Origin: Chlorokybus atmophyticus | Taxonomy: Eukaryota > Plantae > Mesostigma and Chlorokybus algae | DNA length: 64,000 bases | Assembly: GCA_009103225.1 (NCBI GenBank) | Contig: RHPI01000890.1 | Span: 284,994 to 348,993, forward strand | Direction: 5' to 3' | In this document: in pieces, positions 11,060 to 23,927 of the stretch | How the letters are laid out: every line of letters starts with the position of its first letter | Position numbering within the stretch: position 1 is the first letter of the stretch | Made by a program: the position numbers and the translations under genes | The notes under the pieces: generated by a model | Told to the model about the DNA's origin: nothing | The model's input: only the letters and a program-made list of their open reading frames with translations | Database searches by the model: none

Positions 11060-13250
11060 ACTTACTTGTTGTCGTAGTCATGTGCTGCTTGCTGAGCGTG
11101 TGTGCATCCTTCACTCTTGTCCGTGCTCCACTGATGATCTTCCCAACCTGTGTGCCACCATGTTGTACAACTGCTTGTAATCCGTGTCGTATGCCATGCC
11201 TGGCATACTCCACAGCTTGCCCCGTAACCTTCGCAACAATTGTCTCTAAGTATGGCCACGTTGGATCATGTCCCTCAATAAAAGCACCATCTTCAATAGC
11301 AAATGAGAGCGGTATGTGCAAACTTTGCACTATGTGCAAACTTTGCACATTGAATACGTAAAAAGCAAATGCATTGCGACACAACCACTTTCTGTTTTGA
11401 TGTTCGTGCAGTGTTCGGGTGAGGGTGAGGTGCCCTTCGTGCGGGGATGTCCACATAGGCTTAGCCACGTTTCTTGTTGTAGGCTTTGGTACAAAGGCCT
11501 ATACTTTTTAACTGAAAAACACATAAGTCCATGGAAGGCACAAAGGTACCACTGGCAAACTCTACAACAGTAAGCATCTTCTGTGGGTAAATGCCCCCTG
11601 CTAGAGCTATGGGTGACAAGTGCAAAGCCTGCTAAAACTCAGGCACCCCCGCAACAAAGAGAGCATCCACATAACGTAGGATGCAGAGCAAAGCGCTGCA
11701 ATAGCACAGGGTCATCGTATGCCGTCAATCTCGAAAAGGCTTTCGATAAAGTTCAGCTCATAAGTGAAAAGCGTGTTATTGGCAAGGTAAACCCCTGCTG
11801 CATTGCTCATAGCAATGCTAATTTGTTGTCTGTACACATTGTCAGCACTTGTGTGCACGACCAAGTTTGCCAACAAAAATTGCAACATGTCATGCAACTG
11901 CACAGCAGTGAAAGTGCGTGTTGTGCCCTATGTGTCAGTAGCAGTACTGCCACAAACCCATTTGTTGTTGACTTCCCTTTGAGAACAGTGATGTGGAGGT
12001 GGGTGGCTCAATGTAGGGAGTGCACCCTGGCAAACGCTTCGTGACCAGCTGGCACATATGCCGGGTGAGAACCTATTGCTGTAGCTTGGTGTAGAGGCTT
12101 GTGAAGTCGAGTGTGTGTACAGTCAGAAGTTGTTTGTCATTGCGTGACCTTGTTGTGTTTATGTAATGCTGCAACCGTTGAAACGCTGTTAAATCGTCGA
12201 TGATCCAACTGGCTTCGACTGCTGGTAGGCCTTCAGCATCCTGCCACAAGACATCCCGGATGTGGGCCACCAGGTCAGCTATATTGTTGTATATCCTTGT
12301 CAACCAGTCACTAGCATCTGTCGAAGTGGTCTTGTAAGTTGCTGCGATGAAGTGTGGTGCGAGTGGCGTCTTGTGTTACTTGATGGTTAGGTAGAAATGA
12401 GGTAAATGCACTGCCAGGTCAACGGATGAAGTAACAGAGTCATGCTGAGAGTTGTATTGTGTGTGTCGTTGCAGAATGTCCTGCAAGCTGTCACTTTGCA
12501 GCTAATAAGTATCAGTATTCAATTTTGCCCACATGAGTTGCAAATAGAAGGCTATGCACACCACAACAAAGGTGCCTGCACACTTATCTACTTTAATGAT
12601 GCTAATGTGGAGTTTCAGCTCTTTTACTGCAACTTGCGCCACACTATCCATCTTGTAAGCCTGCAAGTTAGTGCCAGGCAATAAGTGCATGCGTGCAATG
12701 ACTGTAGACAACACCTCTGCTATGAATGTTTGCACCCAAGGTTGGAGCAGTCCCGGCTGTCAGCGTTTGAGTTCTTGAGCCTCTGCAAATTGCTTAGGCT
12801 TCTATTGCTCATGTATGCCTTTGCGTACTACCGGCATACACACGGACACATCTGCTTTTATTGACGTGCGAAACTTAGTACCGCAATTGAGCAATGTCTG
12901 CAGGATTTGTGACCCAGCAATGCTACAATCACACGATCACATGCTGCAATGTTGTGTGCACAAGCGCAGTGTATGCATGTGCATCACAAGCACATGCAAA
13001 CTCATCTTGTTGTTGGGTTGTGGTCGTTGTTGCCACTTACAAACGGATGCACTGATGACTTTCTCAAGGTGGCGTCAAACTTCCATACCACCCACGTGTC
13101 TTTCCAAGTTTGTTGCATAGTTTGTGGGATGATTGCCCGCACCCGTTCACCTGCCAGAGCAGTTTGCAAGTACATAGTATCTACAGCTTGGTTAGGGAAC
13201 GCACAAGTCATCAGCTGTGCACCCCGTTGTTGATTAACTATGGGTGTATT
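11060..13250 (-). mobile_element. Degenerate Penelope-like retroelement RT (Naiad/Chlamys-like), copy 1
   Basis: Fragments in order on the minus strand: AFPNQAVDTMYLQTAL...WVVWKFDATL, LLNCGTKFR, IKVDKCAGTFVVVCIAFY, LPHFYLT...PHFIAA, TLDFTSLYT, YRQQISIAMSNAAGVYLANNTLFTYE, and RYVD. Many stops and frameshifts. Confidence 0.8.
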
Positions 13251-13549
13251 CGGCACATCAGTTAGGAGAAAATCCACCACGCAATACATACCATCATACA
13301 TACGTGCCACCGTGGTGGTGACCAGCGGGCTACATCCATACAGTGCACCACTAACAGCCTTACAACTACACCTAGCAGTTACCTACCTATTCACCACCCC
13401 CGTCAGCCATGCATAGGGCACAACACAGTAGGTACTAATAGCATGCATGGCAACACGCGAGGGATAGACTGGACGTGCAACCACCGTCGTCGCATGGTAG
13501 CTAACCGCAGCAACCAATCCCGCTCACAACATCGACAGGTAGATATCGA

Positions 13550-14750
13550 TTGCATGTTTTACACAAAAACTTCGTACGGACCGCAGTAGTAAATGCTCAG
13601 GCAATTTTGTCATCGTATGTGAAAAATACTATCTGCAAAAATTATATGAAGAATTGGAACGGTTGCCAAACCCTACGTATATGCTGTACATACTACAAGG
13701 ACAAACACACACGCAGCACGCCACAAATACTGGCGCAAAACCTCATTCACCAACACCGGAATAATACGCGTTTTGCATCTAAGCACTATTCCAAGCTGCC
13801 CCATATATACCTTACATGGAAACTACATAAATACCCAACTAAACCATGGTTTATAGCAGCAGCATTTTGAACTACGCTCTCCACAGCTTCGCAATGGTTG
13901 ACTAAAGTGTATAAAGCTTTGGCACCCATTGCGGATGCCTGTTGGGAGCAACAGTTGTTAGACACGGGTGTTCAACTTACAACTCAACTCGTAGGTGACG
14001 ACGGATACTTCATCTTTTACAAGATCAACACATCTATATAATACTATTACTCCCTAGCCCATTAAGCAGCAAATGAACTCAGTGCTAACGACGTTTGACT
14101 TCACGACATTATATACCACCATCCTCCTGCAAGAGTTAAAGTCACAGACGCATACGTCAACATGATGTTCAGTTTCAAGCACGATATCATTGGAATGAAC
14201 GGTCTCGGGGTAGTGACAGAGCAGCAAGAGACCACGATGAAATGGCATAACACACAAACGCAACCAAGCCCAAACAGTAGGTAGTTTATGGTACAACCCT
14301 TCCAGAAATTCTGAATTTCGCCTTAGACAACTTGTTTGTGCAGAGTGCATCGAATGCATTGTTTAAACAAGTGGTAGGTATTTTGATGGGCAATAGTGCG
14401 AGAGTTTTTTTATCCAATGATTTTTTATATACTTTAGTGAGTTGGTAGATTAATAGCCACATGGCGATTAAATCTCGTCGCATTGTATGCCAACAACACT
14501 ACTCAGATCTGTGGACGGTCTTTTTGTACTCAACATACCAAGCCTTCAAGCAGTCGTGTATCAAGGACCTACAGTGCTAGTGGGAAGAATTTATCCACGC
14601 CACATGTTAGAGTTGTCCATGACACAGCAAGCATACAGCGTGGAATTGCATTATTTTAGCATCAGTCCGTTGGTATATGTACTACGTTTTATTCCAAGCG
14701 ATCGCTGCTAGCGTATGCACACATTCCGATTCGTAATTGACCCCACCCAC
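13550..14750 (+). mobile_element. Degenerate Penelope-like retroelement RT, copy 2
   Basis: KLPHIYLTWKLHKYPTKPWFIAA, VLTTFDFTTLYTT, LFKQVVGILMGNSARVFLSNDFLY, and LRSVDGLFVLN (decayed YxDD). Stops and frameshifts. Confidence 0.8.
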
Positions 14751-15239
14751 AGTCAGACTTGCATAAACGGTGTAAACAGGGAGTGGTGTGGCCACAATGT
14801 GTACGTTTCAAGCGGTTGTGCACTTTCAACTCCGACTTGGTGGCAGCTATGTCATCCCTCATTACACGCATGCGTGCTGAAGGTCACAGTAAACGTCAGT
14901 TGTTGAGAGTTTGCTCAAAGCACGAATGTTCATAGCTAATGACTTGTGGCATGGTCGTATTGCACAATACATGTATCATGCCGCCATGCGTGCATGCACA
15001 GAGTGAGGGGAGCGTGCAAACGCCCTCGCCAAAAAGACAGGTGTTTGCTTAAACACCACCTATACACTAGAGATTTGCAACGCTATGTGGTCCTGCTGCT
15101 GTACTAACACCTGCTGCATGCTTGCAACACCTGTCTCAAATGTACAACTGACTGCCTGTGTTGCTATTGCGTGCTTACACATGACTACTCACTGTGCTGT
15201 CCTACTCACTAGTGCACATGACTTGCACATGACTTGCAG

Positions 15240-16882
15240 ACAGTCGCCATCAAGCTCGCACGCCACCCCATTCACTACTCGAGACTCCGGAGGCCACAGC
15301 CAGACCTTGCCCACTTCCGCAAGGTCTGACTGTGGCGCTGCTTTGGCAGGTGGGGCGCTTGTCTTGTCTTGCTCTGCCCCTGCTCGTTGGGCGTGCTGCT
15401 GTTGGGCCCAAGCAGCACGCCATTGTGGTTATTGCCGTTGTTGTTCTTGCTGCCTGCTTGCTGCTACTAACGACTAACACTGCTAGTGGTGGTGGACAAG
15501 CAAACCCTACCGTTGTTGCTGCTAGTTGCCCCTGCTGTATGCCCACACATGCGTCACATCAGTGTTATTGCATATGCTATCAAGGCCGGGTGATTACCTG
15601 CAGCAAGGACGAGTACGAGCAGCAGTGTCAGCCCAGGCAACAACGGCCCACAGTGGTTGTGGTGGTGGTTGATGAGCAAGCAGCGTGCAAATGTGCCCCT
15701 CCTCCCACGCCTCTCTCTCTCCCCCCCCCCTGACGCCTCCTCTCTCCTCCTCCCACCCCTCTGTCTCTCCTCACGCCTTCTCTCTCATCCCGCGCCTGTG
15801 TTCGCGGCAGGATTCTGTAATGACTTTTCGCATATTCTACACTATCAAACGTTTTATTGCTGCTGATCTTATAAGACATGATAACATTACTACAACCCAA
15901 CAACAGTAACAGGCTATTGCCAACAGAACGAAACAGTTGCTAGAGACAGAACCACCACACCACGAAAGCAACAACATCTACGTGTTCCTTTCACTATAGC
16001 TACTATTCACGCTACTGCTGTTATTACCCTGTTTAGGAGGCTGTTGTAACATGAGCCACAGGGGTCATAACAGCCTGAGTTGTTACTACTTGATTGCAAT
16101 ACGCGTGTAACCAAATTTGCCAGCTTGGCATTGAGGCTGCCTTTAACTGTACCGCTACATTGTTGAAGGGTATACCACTTTGAGAACGACATGCATGTTC
16201 CAACACTGACATCTTTTAGCAACACAAAGTGTTACACTACAAGCAATAGACAAACATGTAACTGAATTAGATCATAAGCAGTGAGACGTTGAATTTACAT
16301 GCTAAACACTGCAATGGCAGTGCTCTCCAGAAGTAATGTGGAGTCATCAAGCAACATCCAAGGTTCAATGACATCCAAATTCGGCCACAAGCATTGTCCG
16401 ACCTCCAAAGTCCATCCAGCGCGGCAACAAAGAGCTACCTGTCAAGAGTCAAGGCATCTATTTCAGCCCTGCAAACTCCTAGTGTCCACAGCACAGGCAC
16501 AAGAGGTTCGGAACTGAACAGATTGTTTCTTTTGCACAGGTGATACCACGGAAGCAAAGCTGTGGATTTGCTCAGCTTCCGCTTGGAACCTGTGCCATGG
16601 TCGCGACCACATGCGTGCAACCAAAATGATAACATGTTGCAAGCATGTGGGCTGACGGCGAGGCAAATTCCTAGCACACAACCACAGTCACGCAACAACA
16701 CTTGTCTGTGGTCATACCTTGCAATCAGGGGTAGGAACCGTCCCCTTTGCCAATGGCCATGTACCCGCTGGCGCGCCAGCGGCCCAGATGCCTGCCTCAA
16801 AGCTACAAACATCTTCAATATGGAACCCACTCCAAGCTTCAGGCCTGGAGGCATAAGTTTCAGGCCTGGAGGCAACCCATAA
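15240..16882 (+). CDS. Possible spliced gene or pseudogene for a type II membrane protein of unknown function
   Basis: Hydrophobic segment HAIVVIAVVVLAACLLLLTT (ORF 15332) and a Cys/Trp-rich ORF at 16562-16882. Exon structure unresolved and no family recognised. Confidence 0.25.
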
Positions 16883-17027
16883 CGCTGGACAGCCACCATG
16901 CAAGGATGTTGCACCAGGAACCCCCTCATAACGACGTTGCATCAACAAAGGACCGTCATCAACCTGTACCTGGGCCATGTGGTTCTCCTTTCTGGTGACA
17001 AGCATGCAACACTTGTAAACGCTGCGC

Positions 17028-18061
17028 TCAAGACATCGTGCTTGGAAACTTGCGCTGGACCCAACCAAAGTCACTCAAAGGCCAAATCTGTTGCAAGACA
17101 ACAGAAGCCAGCAGCCTCAGTTAATGGGATCCACCAACTGACGCAACGTCCAGATCACATCAAACACTCCGGCAATCCCATCCTCACCCGAAGCATTACG
17201 CGGCCATCAATGAGGGCATAAGGAACGGGTCCATAGTCCCGTGAGTCGGTGGAGTTCAGTTTGTTATCCCCTTGCAGCCATACATGTCCCTTGGGTATCT
17301 GTGCAGTAAGCAGAGGTAAGGCCAGCAATACTGGCAATCCACATTCGGTTGCCAGCACAAACGACTGCATCCAGTGTCGCACCGTTATGCGGCGAGGCGC
17401 CTGCCCTCTCGGCTCAACTAGTATTCTGTCTCCTTCCTGCAAAACAGGCAAGCGCATTGTTGAAAACACAATTGAGAACATGAGCTGCGCAATGGTAGCA
17501 CCAACAGACTGTGCACAGCAAACACTGGCGCATGAACAATGTGATTGTGATCTATCAGCTACGAATCTCTGACCAACAATGCAGTCAACACAGTAGTGTA
17601 GTGTAAGCGAGTGAATGCCGTATTGAAGTTGTTGTAAACGCGACTGATCTAGTGTCCAACAACAACGAAACAGGTTTTACGTTGAGATGATGCACCTCTC
17701 ACCCAGTGACAAGTAGCAGGCAGAGTTTCTCGCAATATAGTCGCACGTGTGGACATGCGGTAGTGCAAATGCGTACCTTTGCAAGCAGGCGCTTGAGTAG
17801 AACGTCGGTGGGGTTCCAGGGAGAGCGGGCGACGACGACGTCCCCCGGGGAGAGGCGATTAAGGCGGGGGGCGACGCGGTCGATGAGGACGAGATCGCCG
17901 GCGGCATTGAAAGTTGGAAGCATGCTTGGCCCAGTGCAGACGGTCAGAGTGAGCAGGTACGTGCTCATGCAGTGCAGCGAAGCGAAGGCGTTGGCGTACC
18001 GCACCGCCCGCCCCGACGCATCCGCCCACCACGGCCCCAACAACGCCCTGCCCCTCGCCAT
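17028..18061 (-). CDS. IMP1: Mitochondrial inner membrane peptidase subunit 1 (S26 signal peptidase family), multi-exon
   Basis: GPSMLPT (catalytic Ser), GDVVVARSP...LKR (catalytic Lys), IPKGHVWLQGDNKLNSTDSRDYGPVP, last exon IWPLSDFG...stop at 17028. GT-AG introns. Confidence 0.92.
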
Positions 18062-18249
18062 TCAACACACCACAGTCAATGCCACCTCACAGGCAGACAA
18101 CACCCCTCCTCCTAACAACACCGCCGCCGCCCCTACCATCGCCCGCCTGCAATTTCTGACGAAAACGCTGTCTTCACACGTTAGGCACTGTGCTGCCATG
18201 GTAAGCTAACGTGCAGCGCCAGATTTTGCTGATAGTAACGCTAAATGCA

Positions 18250-18290
18250 GGGATCACGTCACGTTACGTGATTACGTCAGTTACGCAAAG
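18250..18290. promoter_or_regulatory. Cluster of ACGT cores in the divergent IMP1/alpha-galactosidase intergenic region
   Basis: GATCACGTCACGTTACGTGATTACGTCAG has four ACGT cores within 30 bp, in a 430-bp head-to-head spacer. Confidence 0.35.
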
Positions 18291-18491
18291 CATTTTCTGG
18301 AGGGGCGCATGCATGCAGGCAGCATGCAGCCTTCCAGAGTGTAAGCTGTGCGGTGAAGCTGGTCCAGCTTGTCTTGTCACCCTTTGTGTGGCAGGCTGCC
18401 ACTGGCAGCGGGCGCAGAACTTACTAGGCCTTCTGCTGGCTGTACAAAGCTTGGTTGCAATATTGCTGTGGGCAGGTCGCTGCTCTCAAGC

Positions 18492-21400
18492 ATGGCGCTG
18501 AGGCGTTCTGCAGCTCGACCGGCGCTGCTCTTTGCAGCATTGCTGTGCTGCGTGCTGCCAGCTGTGGCAATCGACAATGGCGTCGCCCTGACTCCTCCCA
18601 TGGGTGAGCGCTAAAAGAATGCTTCCTGGTGTTGAAGGGTCGTGCGCTATTGTTCGCAGGCAGTAAAAGCCTGCTCAATAACTTAATTGTTGTTGTCATT
18701 GCGGTGCATGCACGGTGTGGCTGCTCACAAATCTGCTGGTTTGTGTGGTTGCCAGGTTGGAACTCGTGGAACACTTTCCGCTGCGAGGTTTCAGAGGATC
18801 TCATCAAGCAGGTTAGTGCAATGTCTGATGTTCAGGGAAGGCCAAGGTTTCGCTGCTTGCATGGCGAACGAGCCTGTTTGCAATTGAGACGTTCAGTTTA
18901 CATGTCGCATTATTCTTACTTGCTTGGTATCACTTAGACCAGACCAGAAGCTGCTCTGATGTACCCTTTGTCTAACAGTGTGATGTTGTTGGTCAGCACT
19001 GGCTGGTTTACCACATTATATGCACGAAGCAAGTGTGAACCATGTTTGGCGTTTTGTGATAGTGGCAGCGTTCATCGCAGTTGTTGTCATCAGTCCCGCG
19101 CCTAGTTGGAAGGCGCAATCAGCAGTGACACTCGCACACATGGGTACACAGCCGGTTGCTGTTCAGCACACGTAGAAGGCCTTCGTATTAATGAGACAAA
19201 CGCCCATACTAAACTATATACTGCTCACAGACTGCCAACGCCATTGTGGAGCATGGACTGGACAAAGTTGGGTGGCAATATGTCAACGTAAGTGCTGGAA
19301 ATTCGGACATACTGTAGCACCAACTACGCATGCATGGGTATGAAGCCAGTGGTGCAGGTGGATGACTGCTGGCAGGGAGGCCGTGACGAGAACGGTAACA
19401 TATTTGCTGATCCCAAGCGCTTTCCTGGTGGCATGAAGGTAGGTTCTGACTGGTTCGGCAGGTCGCAAGTCATCACAGTCGATGAGTTGGTTCAAAGTAA
19501 TGACACTCTTCCCTTAACAGGCGCTGGCAGACTATATCCACAATAAGGGTTTAAAGTTCGGGATCTATAGGTGGGTATCAGAGGTTGGGTTGCGTGTTGC
19601 ATGCTGTAGTTGACTTTGCGGTATGTGTGTGTGTGTGGCACACATACTCCAACATGCCGTTGTGCCATGGCAGCGATGCGGGCAACATGACGTGCGCCGG
19701 CTTCATGGGCAGCTTTGGTTATGAAGAGCAGGATGCCAGGACATATGCCGAGTGGGGTGTTGATTTTCTCAAGTATGACTGGTGCTACATGACGGTCCCG
19801 CACCCGTTTGACCCTCCCATCAAGGCATACACTCGCATGCACAAAGCTTTGAACAAGACTGGCAGGTACAAGACGTAATTGCAATGAGTCACTGCCAATG
19901 GCGTCAAGATAACAGTGCTCTCTCGGGGTGCAGGCCAATAGTTTACAGTCTGTGTAGCTGGGGTCAAGGTATGCACATGCACGTGTGATTGTACTGTGTT
20001 CGTGCCCAACGTAAGCTGATTGTGACACCTATGCCAGGGCGACCTCACTTCTGGGGCAAGTTCATTGCAAACATGTGGAGGACGGGACCAGACTTGTTTG
20101 CGACTTGGTACGTATTCTCGACCGTATGCTCGAACTTGTGCGCCAATGCATCAGCTGGTCGCGCTGACGCAAGTCTCCCGAAACCTTTCAGGGATTTCCC
20201 AGAGCAGATGGATTTGGACCTACCGCTCGGTTACTCGAGCGTCATGGAGGCTGTGGTGACTCAAACAGACTACTGGAAGGATGCTGGGCCGGGCGGCTGG
20301 AATGACCCAGACATGCTGCTAGTACGTTTCTGTAGTTATATGACACTGGGGAGTCTCAATTGCTACTACCGATGTTGTGCGCGTATCATGCACTGTCCAC
20401 TGGCTGCAGGTAGGGATTCCTGGGCAAACTGTGCCAGAATACCACGGGACGGACAGGGCGAACAGTACTGTTGGAGGTGGCCGATGGCTTCCGTTTACCA
20501 ATGTGCTTTTGTTCTTGCAAAGACACTTGGTTTGCATGAACACACACATTGCATTGCTGTGTAGGTCTCGGCCTGCTTGAGCAATATACCCATTTCAGCT
20601 TTTGGGCCATGATGGCGTCACCACTCATTGCAGGTTGGCTGCATACCACCACCGCTTCACTTGTTTGAATGCGCACATTGATCGCATAGGGGCCTTTCAG
20701 TTTCTCATAGTTGCTTTGCAGGAAACGACCTGCGTAGCATTGACGAAAACACGCTTCGCATCTACACCGCCAAAGAGGAACTCAAAGTGTTGCACAGTCA
20801 GTGGAGTGGTATTCTCTTCATCAAGCAATGGGACTGACCTTTGGCCTGTGCAGGTCATAGCGGTAAATCAAGACCTTCTCGGGGTGCAGGGTCAGAAAGT
20901 CTGGGAAGATGCGTATCGACAGATCTGGAGGAAGCCTCTCGCAGACGGTCGCTATGCCTTCCTCGGCGTCAACCTCGGCAAGTCCACTACTGATGTTACC
21001 TTCTTGTGGAGGAGAGACTCGCCATACAATTGTCAAGATCTTACTGCTGAGGTCAGTGCTGCACTGTATGTTACTAGTTGACGCAGGCGATTTCTCATCT
21101 GCTCAGTGCCATCACTTGTGTAAGCATGTGTGTGAGTTGTTGTCCGCTTGCAATGAGTGCTGCATAGCTTTGCGGGCTGGGGTGTGCAGTACCACCTGTG
21201 CATCTTGCGTAGGTGCGCGATCTGTGGGCAGAAAAAGATCTGGGTACGTGGGCAACATCATACACAGCAACCAACTTGAAGCCTCGGGAGTCCCGGTTGC
21301 TTGCGGTGCGATTCATGGGCACAGTGGACGACAAAGGAAAGAGTAAAGGCTCTGGCAGCATCGCCTGGATGCTGGCCATCACCAACATGCTGACGCTTCT

Positions 21401-21500
21401 GCTGCTTGCGCTGACCATATGGCGGTTCACTCGCGCGGGCGGCCCGCTCATTAAACCAAAGTACAAGCATGTTTCTGACTCAAATGCTGAGCATGCTTGA
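18492..21500 (+). CDS. Alpha-galactosidase, glycoside hydrolase family 27, signal peptide plus C-terminal TM helix, multi-exon
   Basis: Signal peptide then [11 protein letters not shown]|WNSWN, VDDCWQ...[54 protein letters not shown]. Ends [21 protein letters not shown]...stop. Confidence 0.95.
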
Positions 21501-22957
21501 TGCTCGCGCAAGTCCGCGCAGTTGATGTGTTTTGGGAAGGCTGGAGTGCAGATTGCCACAGGGGGTTTGTAGCAAACAGCAGGCCATGTACGGCGGGCAA
21601 GTGAGTTTGGCTAGCTAGATAGCTTAGCTGTGCAGTGGATAAAGGCGGGCATGTGGTGTTGTACTCATAAGAGTGTTGTCACTTCCTAGGTGTTAACTTA
21701 GTAGACGGTGGATTGGGTTTTGCAAGTATCTTGGTGTGAGGATATGGGTATTGTGGTAATATAATGCGGTTGCTGAGTTGTTAGTGATGATGCTCATGGC
21801 ATTATGTAGGTGCAGGTTGCGCACATAAAGGGAAATTGAATTGAAAAGATTGATATGATACTTTGTGCATGCAAGGCTTTGATGCGTGGTCACTGATTTT
21901 ATTATCTTAATACCAGTATCAAGATAATAATAGCAGTTATTGTATTAATGTTACAATACATAACCTGGAAGCTATGTCAAATCCGTTTGTAGTAACATTC
22001 AATATTGTGCAATGGCGCAGTCCAAATTATATACATAGCACACAGTAGTGTACACTAATATTAACAGGTTTATATGAAGGAGCTGCTGTTAAATAAATAA
22101 AAAATTCTCTATTATTGATTTTTTTCATGGTGTACCATGTTACAAATGGTTGCATTGCTTTTAACGTTTTAAAGTGTGTATATCATAAATGTGCACATGA
22201 TGGTAACTATAACGAGCCAGCTTGACTTTGCCATGTTAAGCCGCTGTGTTGTTTTCGCCTGATCGCATTCAGCGGTGCAAAGAGTTTCCTATCTTTATAT
22301 ACATGCATTGATTACGAATGTATTGCAGCACCATGCACAACATCTATGTACACCAATGTTAGTAGATCTCAGTATGGTACATGGTTGGATTATTCAACAA
22401 TTAAGCATATACGAGTCAGCTTTGCGAAAGTGTTGTTATAGCTTGCTTCACCTTGCTGATTTTGTTCTGACTATGTGTGGTGATAGTACATTATGCGTAT
22501 AGCGTGATCAGCGCATCTGTGTAACAAATAGGGTATACACTTCTGTAATTAATACAACTAAATTGTTCAGGAATGCATGCAAAGTTTGAAGCAAGTTTTG
22601 AAGTATTGTTTCATGCTTTGGTATGGTTGGATTTGTTAGCAACAATAACTCCCATGCACCATGTGTTGCCATGACTTACCAATTCAACTAATCTACCGTA
22701 TAAGGTTACCTGGTCTACCTGATAGGTGGTGAGCGATTGCCCACTGTGGGTCACTCCGCATGGGGGGAGATACATCCACACATGTTCATAGCTTGATGCC
22801 CACTGGCACGGCTTCGGAACCTTACATGTACTCAAACGTCTCGGACTCGGATGAGTGACTCGAGTTGAGTTCAGAGTGAGTCGTTTGCCAGCCACGGCAC
22901 ACAGGCTTCTGGACGTCAGGCAGTCAAGTGTACCCGTTGAAGCACCTCCCGGCAAAC

Positions 22958-23927
22958 ATGGCGGCGGCGGCGGCGGCGGTGCTGTCTGTTAGCTCCCAGC
23001 CTTGCAGATCAGCAGTATCAATTTCTCGCCCCTTGACTCGGGCGGCCGCGACGTCGACTCGTCCTGCAGCGGTCTCAGCCGCGCCCCGGCCCAGCCTCGT
23101 CCTGGGCGCCTCCGCCTTCAAGCCCCTGCAGCGCAACAGCAGGAGGGGCCTGGTGGTGGTGGCGGCGGCGGCCTCGGATGCCGCCGCCAGCGACACCGAC
23201 ATCATCGTCAAGGTCAGTCACAGGGCCATGGCATTGTTTCGCTGGTCGGGCGGTTTGTTGACAGCACAACACCCTGGGATTGCCAGGGCATGGTACCATC
23301 TCGCAGTTTAAGAAGCACGGCACTAGCACTGCATCAAACTGCTTCTTTCCTTACTTCTCCGTCGCACCATTCACCGCTGTTGACAATGATTATGTGCATG
23401 TGTGCATCGACTGCATTGACTTCACGATGTAAGCATGCACGTGCGTGTAACAGTGGACGGAGGAGCTGACGGTGATCGAGGACGATATTGAGAAGACGAT
23501 CAAGGAGGCGAAGGCGCTGGGCGAGGGCCCCGCGGCGGCCAACGAGTGGGACCGCGTGGAGGAGCTCTGCGCCGAGGCCGCCCACAAGCGCACCCTCATC
23601 AAGGAGAAGACGGAGCGACGCCTCAAGGCCAAGGCGCCCACATACGAGGTCGACCCAGCCACCGTTTCCAGGGTGAGCAACCAACGCTTCCATCAAACTG
23701 TCAACCACCATCATCAAGCTTGCATGTTTGACAAGTGCATTGATTGGCTTGTTGTGCAGTGGTTGGCGGATCTGGAGAACATCACTGGGCGGATAGAGAG
23801 GACGATCGCCAAGGCGAAGGCGGCGGAGGGGGCTGCGGCTGTCAACGAGTGGGACCGCGTTGAGGAGCTGCGCGCAGAGGCATCACACAAGCGCGAACTC
23901 ATCAAGGAAGCCACCACCAAATATTGA
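22958..23927 (+). CDS. Plastid-targeted CP12-like protein with two tandem CP12 N-terminal/core repeats; exons 22958-23212, 23454-23672, 23760-23927
   Basis: Ala/Ser/Arg-rich transit peptide, then NEWDRVEELCAEAAHKR and NEWDRVEELRAEASHKR (cf. CP12 AWDxVEELSAAxSH). Confidence 0.8.

Noticed and set aside
11316-11348. Tandem GTGCAAACTTTGCAC mini-palindromes
   Set aside because: Simple 18-bp local duplication inside a decayed retroelement.
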